Shown here one piece after another: positions 58,705 through 64,000 of a DNA stretch of 64,000 bases. Under the pieces are notes generated by a model that saw only the letters and a list, made by a program, of their open reading frames with translations, had not been told where the DNA came from and did not search any database. Source of the DNA: Adineta vaga (Eukaryota; Animalia; Rotifera); contig CP075495.1 in assembly GCA_021613535.1 (NCBI GenBank), forward strand, positions 6,076,001-6,140,000, in the 5' to 3' direction. How positions within the stretch are numbered: position 1 is the stretch's first letter; each line of letters starts with the position of its first letter. The position numbers were made by a program, and so were the translations under genes.

Positions 58705-60310
58705 TCTATACAAAACAACCATATCATCATATAAATATATTGTTATTGATTAGCAAAAGCAATGTTTAGTGGTTTCCACCTTCTTTAGTATTCTCTCAAT
58801 CTAAGTTTCATTATAGCGATCAAAATCATCGAACGCTTGTTGCTCTCTATGTCTTACTTTCGTTTACTTATCTTATTCATTTCTTTCATTTACTTTTGTG
58901 TTGTGTTTTCTTGTCTTTTGTTGTTTATAGACATGATTTGCTTCTGCTTTCTTTCATGTATTATCGATGAACGAACGGAAATCGAGTTCGTCATCTTTTC
59001 TTGATTCAGCTTATTTGAAATTATTGCATTTGTCATTTTTCATCATGATATCAACTAAAGTTCGTTTTTTTCTTCATTCTCTATTGATGTTTCTTTTCGT
59101 CTATTATTATTATTATTATTATTATCGTTACTCGGCAAAGCCAGTGGTTCAGTATCAGATTGTTCAGTTTTTTTCTATGCTTCTGTGGGTCATTCTATTT
59201 TGTCTATTGGTTCGTATGTGAGTGAAAGTTGAAGTGTATGTCAGTGTTCGATTCCATTATGTCTTCTAAATATATCTATGAAAAAAAAACATTATCAACA
59301 AATAAATGGATGAAAAAACATTAGTCATTTATCAAAATACGATTGAATAGAAAAAAAATCGATAAACTCTAAAGTCCGTGACATTTCTTCGTAGCGTGTC
59401 ATGTAGACAAGGAAGATTTACGTCAATATATCGAAATGTCATTAGAAAACGTCGTAGATGATTATCAGTGACTCAGTTACTTTTTTTTCTGAATTGTGAC
59501 ATAAGATAAAAAAAAAGAACGTGCATAAGAATTTTTATGATAATTATATCTGATAAATACACATATGAAAATCTGCTAAATAACAAACGACAAAGCATTC
59601 CGTCACAATAATTGTTTAACACATGCTAAGAAATTTCTTTTTTTAGAAATACTCGATCTGGAATGTTGCTTTCTATCGAAACATCGAGATTACTCAAATG
59701 TCAATAGTTCTCTTTCATGATAAACTTAAAGTTTTAATGATATCCCTTCAAACTAACAGATCAAAGTCCATAAACTTTTGCAATATGTCAATAATCTTTA
59801 ATGGATTGAAATTCAAAAGTTCAAAGTGAATATCTCAAGGAGAAAAGGATCATGATATATATGCAAAATATTTATTCTAGAATATTCGTGTACTCATAAT
59901 TCCTCATGATTGCGTATTTGTTAGATCAAAGTCAGAATCTGAAAGTCAAATCAACACTCGATTTTTCTCACATATATTGTCTTCTCTAAAGATTAATCTT
60001 ATTGGGCCTGGAAAAACATGTCAGAAAATATGATAGTCATTGCATGTTAGATTAATGTCTTAGAGAAAGAAAGAAAAATCTAAATATCCAGAGAATTCCA
60101 AGCGGAAATCAATCCTATTTGAATGTAAACCTAGTTGACAAATATAAATAACAATATTCTACTGATGAAACTGACGGATATGTTTGGCGTTAATCAAGCG
60201 AATCGTGTTCTCGTTTTTTTTCTCTCTCTAATATGAAAAAAAAATGAAGCAGTAGAAGAAAAAGACAAACGACATTCATCCACGTTTTTCTTTTTAAATC
60301 TTTTTCATTC

Positions 60311-62296
60311 ATGACAACAAACACTGTTCTAAGCAAAAATTTAGAAACATTTTCATTGATATGGTTAGATGCAGTTGTTAATGATTCAATTGAAAATATT
60401 GAAACACAACAACGTTTACGAAAATTTATTAATCATTTAAAAACTTTTCAAAATGCCGACGATTGTATACAATATATTCAATCTCAACCCAAAGATCGTT
60501 TTGTTTTGATTATTAGTGGTCGATTAGGACGGGATATTGTTCCACGAATACATAATTTACGACAGGTTTATTCCATTTATGTTTATTGTTTAGATAAGGA
60601 ACGAAATGAACGATGGGCAAAAAGTTATGCCAAAATTAAAGGTGTTATTAATCAATTACATGACTTAGAAACACAAATTCGTACAAATCATGAAAACCGT
60701 TGTCAAACAAATATAAATGAACCATTACCAATAACATTTTTCATAACACATAATGAAAATAATAAAGATATCAATGAAAATTTTATTTATTCAAAATTAT
60801 TAATTGAATATCTTTTACATATCATACCGATTTCCACAGATGAAAAAGAATTAATATCATTATGTAAAGATGAATATAAAGGTAATGAAAATGAATTACA
60901 AATTTTACGAGAATTTGAAAATGATTATTCATCTGATCGTGCATTATGGTGGTTTACACGTGAAACATTTGTTTATCGTTTAATAAATAAAGCATTTCGT
61001 ATTCAAAATCTCGAACTTTTACTTATCTTTCGCTTTTTTATTCGTGATATTCAACGATTAATCGAACAAAATAAATGTACAAATGCTCTTTATGTTTATC
61101 GAAGTTATTTAATGTCAATGGATGAAATGGACTTATTTCGAAATTCGATTGATGAATTTCTTTCAATCAATGGATTTTTCATAACAAATATACATCGACA
61201 ACAAACAATCAATTATTTATTAAATTCCGATTTAACACATGATTTAGAAAAGGTTCTTTTCGAAATCTATGCTGATCCACAAACTGATTCACATAAACCA
61301 TTTTGTAATATAACACCATTTAGTTTTTTTACGGGTGAAGATCAAATACTTTTCACCTTAGGATCAATCTTTCGTTTAGTTAGTATTCATCAACAAGATA
61401 TTGAAAATCATCGAATATGGATTATTCGAATGAAACTAACCACGGAAAGTCATAAACGATTGAAACCCTATTTTGAACCAATGAAAACTCAGTACAATAC
61501 GGGACAAATGAATCTATTGTCATTTGGGAAGATTCTACGAAAAATGCAAAAATTTGATGATGCAGAAAAATTCTATCGACGTCTATTAAAAGAATTACCA
61601 CATGATCATATCAATATAGCTGATTGTCATTATAATTTAGGACTTGTTGCTGATGAAAAAGGTGATTATGAATCGAGTTTAGAATGGCATCAACAAGCTA
61701 TAATAATTAAAAAACAAGTTTTAAAAACCAATGATCCAAGTTTAGCTTGTAGTTATAATAGTATTGGAAATACTTATCAAAAAAAAGGTGATTATAAACG
61801 TGCTTTAGAATATTATAATAAAGCATTATTAGTTTGGAAGAAAGCATTTGGTGAAAATCATCCTGATATAGCAATGTGTTTGAATAATATGGGTTGTATT
61901 TATGAAAATGAAAAGAAATATTCTCAAGCACTTGAATGTCATCAAAAAGCATTAGCGATTAAAAATCAACATTTACCAAATGATCATGTGAATTTAAGTG
62001 CAACACATAATAATCTGGCAACTGTTTATGGTTGTACTGGTCAATTGGATTCAGCATTACAACATTTTCATTCATCATTGAAGATTAAATATAAATGTTT
62101 ACCATCTAATCATCAAGATATTGCTTTATCATTGAAAAATATTGGTCTAATTTATGAAATGAAAGGAGATTTTCTTCAAGCGAAAATGAATTATGAAAAA
62201 GCAGCAACAATCCGTCGGCATGTTTTATCATCGACTCATCCGGATGTCGTGCGTATTGAACAAGATATTAAACGAGTGTCATCAAAACTCAAATGA
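60311..62296 (+). CDS. Intronless receiver-like / ADP-ribosyltransferase-like / TPR-repeat protein
   Basis: N-terminal LIWLD...FVLIISG...SIYVYC; central WWFTRETFVYRLINKAFR, YVYRS, VLFEI, GEDQILF; about 6 TPRs such as ACSYNSIGNTYQKKGDYKRALEYYNKAL. Confidence 0.88.
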   Translation: MTTNTVLSKNLETFSLIWLDAVVNDSIENIETQQRLRKFINHLKTFQNADDCIQYIQSQPKDRFVLIISGRLGRDIVPRIHNLRQVYSIYVYCLDKERNERWAKSYAKIKGVINQLHDLETQIRTNHENRCQTNINEPLPITFFITHNENNKDINENFIYSKLLIEYLLHIIPISTDEKELISLCKDEYKGNENELQILREFENDYSSDRALWWFTRETFVYRLINKAFRIQNLELLLIFRFFIRDIQRLIEQNKCTNALYVYRSYLMSMDEMDLFRNSIDEFLSINGFFITNIHRQQTINYLLNSDLTHDLEKVLFEIYADPQTDSHKPFCNITPFSFFTGEDQILFTLGSIFRLVSIHQQDIENHRIWIIRMKLTTESHKRLKPYFEPMKTQYNTGQMNLLSFGKILRKMQKFDDAEKFYRRLLKELPHDHINIADCHYNLGLVADEKGDYESSLEWHQQAIIIKKQVLKTNDPSLACSYNSIGNTYQKKGDYKRALEYYNKALLVWKKAFGENHPDIAMCLNNMGCIYENEKKYSQALECHQKALAIKNQHLPNDHVNLSATHNNLATVYGCTGQLDSALQHFHSSLKIKYKCLPSNHQDIALSLKNIGLIYEMKGDFLQAKMNYEKAATIRRHVLSSTHPDVVRIEQDIKRVSSKLK

Positions 62297-62800
62297 ATAT
62301 ATCATTATATCATTGATTATCTTTTCATTACGTCATATAATTATATTTCTGAGTATATCTTATTTCTTCCATAAGATCCATTTCTTTATCAACATTCCTA
62401 CACATTTTCTAGTAGAATAACTAGAGATAAATCAAACTGTAAATGACATTCTATTACATAAATAATCATCAAGAGATAATCAATTGGATTAAAAGAATGA
62501 ATTGTTATTTACATAAGAAATATTTCGTTGAATTCTTTTTATAGTCATATTATTATAAATAAGAAACACACAAAAGGCAAAGAATATGTATATATATAAA
62601 TATGCGAATGAGGTTGTAGTCGTTCTATGTCGCACATTATTCCATATAATCACTGTGTGTAAAGGTAGATTTAAAGAGAAAGAGAGAGCAAACAGAAAAG
62701 AATAAACACAAAATGAGGCAAGGAATGACAAGACAAGACAATAATACACGCACACACACATATTTAGAAAGAAAGCTGATGTTCGCACATAATTTTTTTT

Positions 62801-64000
62801 TCAAAGAAATTGCCATTCAAGTGCATGAATCAATGCAGTTAGATTTTGATGTTCACTAACACGCCAGAAGGGCCATGTGAGCTAAATGAAAATAATAGAA
62901 CAAATTCATCTCAATTCGTTTTCTCTCCTTCAATTTACTTGTTTTGCAGCTAATTCTTCATCTCGACCGTCTCCAACAACTACGTATGTTGGTTTTCGTC
63001 CAAATCTTGTATGTATACGTTCGAAACAACTTTCTTTTCCAATTTTAGTCGCACTATATATATTTTCAATATCAAACACACCACCAAGTCCATATAAAAT
63101 AACTTTTGATAGTGCTGGTACTAATTGACATGTTGTGACAAGAACATTAATACAATTTTTTCTAAAATATTTCGATAAAAATATCAAAATTAAGAATATT
63201 TCTTTTCTCTTAATTGATTTACCGTTGTTTAATTATATTTAAAGCTTTTATTGCTAATGTAAGCCATGAACCAGTTAAAGTTTCAATATCAACACGTAAT
63301 TGAAGTAATTCTTCATATTTTTGTTGACCAAGTAAATCTAAATAGTAATAATGAAAAAATAATCCATTGCTTTTTCTTTATTTGTATCATTACTTTGGGC
63401 ATTTGTTCGATATGTGTTGTAGATTTCTTTTATACGTCGATAACGAAAAGCTAATTTACGCATCCAATCAACTCCACCACGAACAGTACTACTAATACAT
63501 GGATTATTAGTATTTGTTGATGAATGGAAACCATCGGCAGAGAAATTATAATTACTAAATCGAAAAGAAAAAGAAATTGAGAAACAGATGAACATTTCAA
63601 TTCAAATAAGAATTCATATCCGATTTGTATTCTTCATCGACAATAAAGTTTCGAAGACAGTTATCACTGAGAAATGCTTACGCAAGATCTTGTCCATTAT
63701 CGTCCGATGAAACATCATCAATATGAACTTGATCACATTCTTCCAAATCATTGAAAAATAAATGTGCATCAGCTAAGGTAAAAATAATTTCTTCAATACG
63801 TAAACCAAGCGCCATAGCAGCTTGAGCATCCTATTTTTTTGCAGCAATAAAATATATTTAATCCATCAAAACATTTTTTTGCAAATAAAATTTTACCTTT
63901 TGATAACGTTGAGCATATGTGCCTGTTAATAATGAATGTAGAATAATAATTGTTTCATCTAAATCCCAAACAAATATTCGTTCAACATGATTATCTGGAT
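62801..64000 (-). CDS. EYA: Eyes absent (EYA) tyrosine phosphatase, 3' part; gene continues beyond the window
   Basis: [80 protein letters not shown]. Confidence 0.96.

Overview
AT-rich, gene-dense eukaryotic (animal) genomic DNA with many short (~50-70 nt) GT-AG introns. Gene style and the ART-TPR family gene suggest a bdelloid rotifer; this is inference, not proven. I support 23 protein-coding loci: a secreted Ly6+EGF protein, an isolated Hox4/Dfd, RNGTT, NADP-IDH, a neuropeptide precursor, TERT, a U-box/kinase/CYLD fusion, TEKT2 with an antisense gene nested in one intron, ALG6, FANCD2, an XK-related scramblase, PDHB, MRPS33, OXA1L, PCED1, GINS4, a LIM-less LIMK, antizyme, an ART-TPR protein, partial EYA and two further hypotheticals. 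Main findings: (1) manual splicing joins a U-box, a tyrosine-kinase-like domain and a CYLD-type deubiquitinase domain (catalytic His replaced by Tyr) into one 922-aa ORF; (2) an ASLRPxx-amide neuropeptide precursor that the ORF track misses; (3) an antizyme +1 frameshift site whose predicted pseudoknot can only form after splicing; (4) a TERT with unusual motif B' and C residues; (5) possible trans-splicing/operon signatures. All exon structures were inferred by eye.
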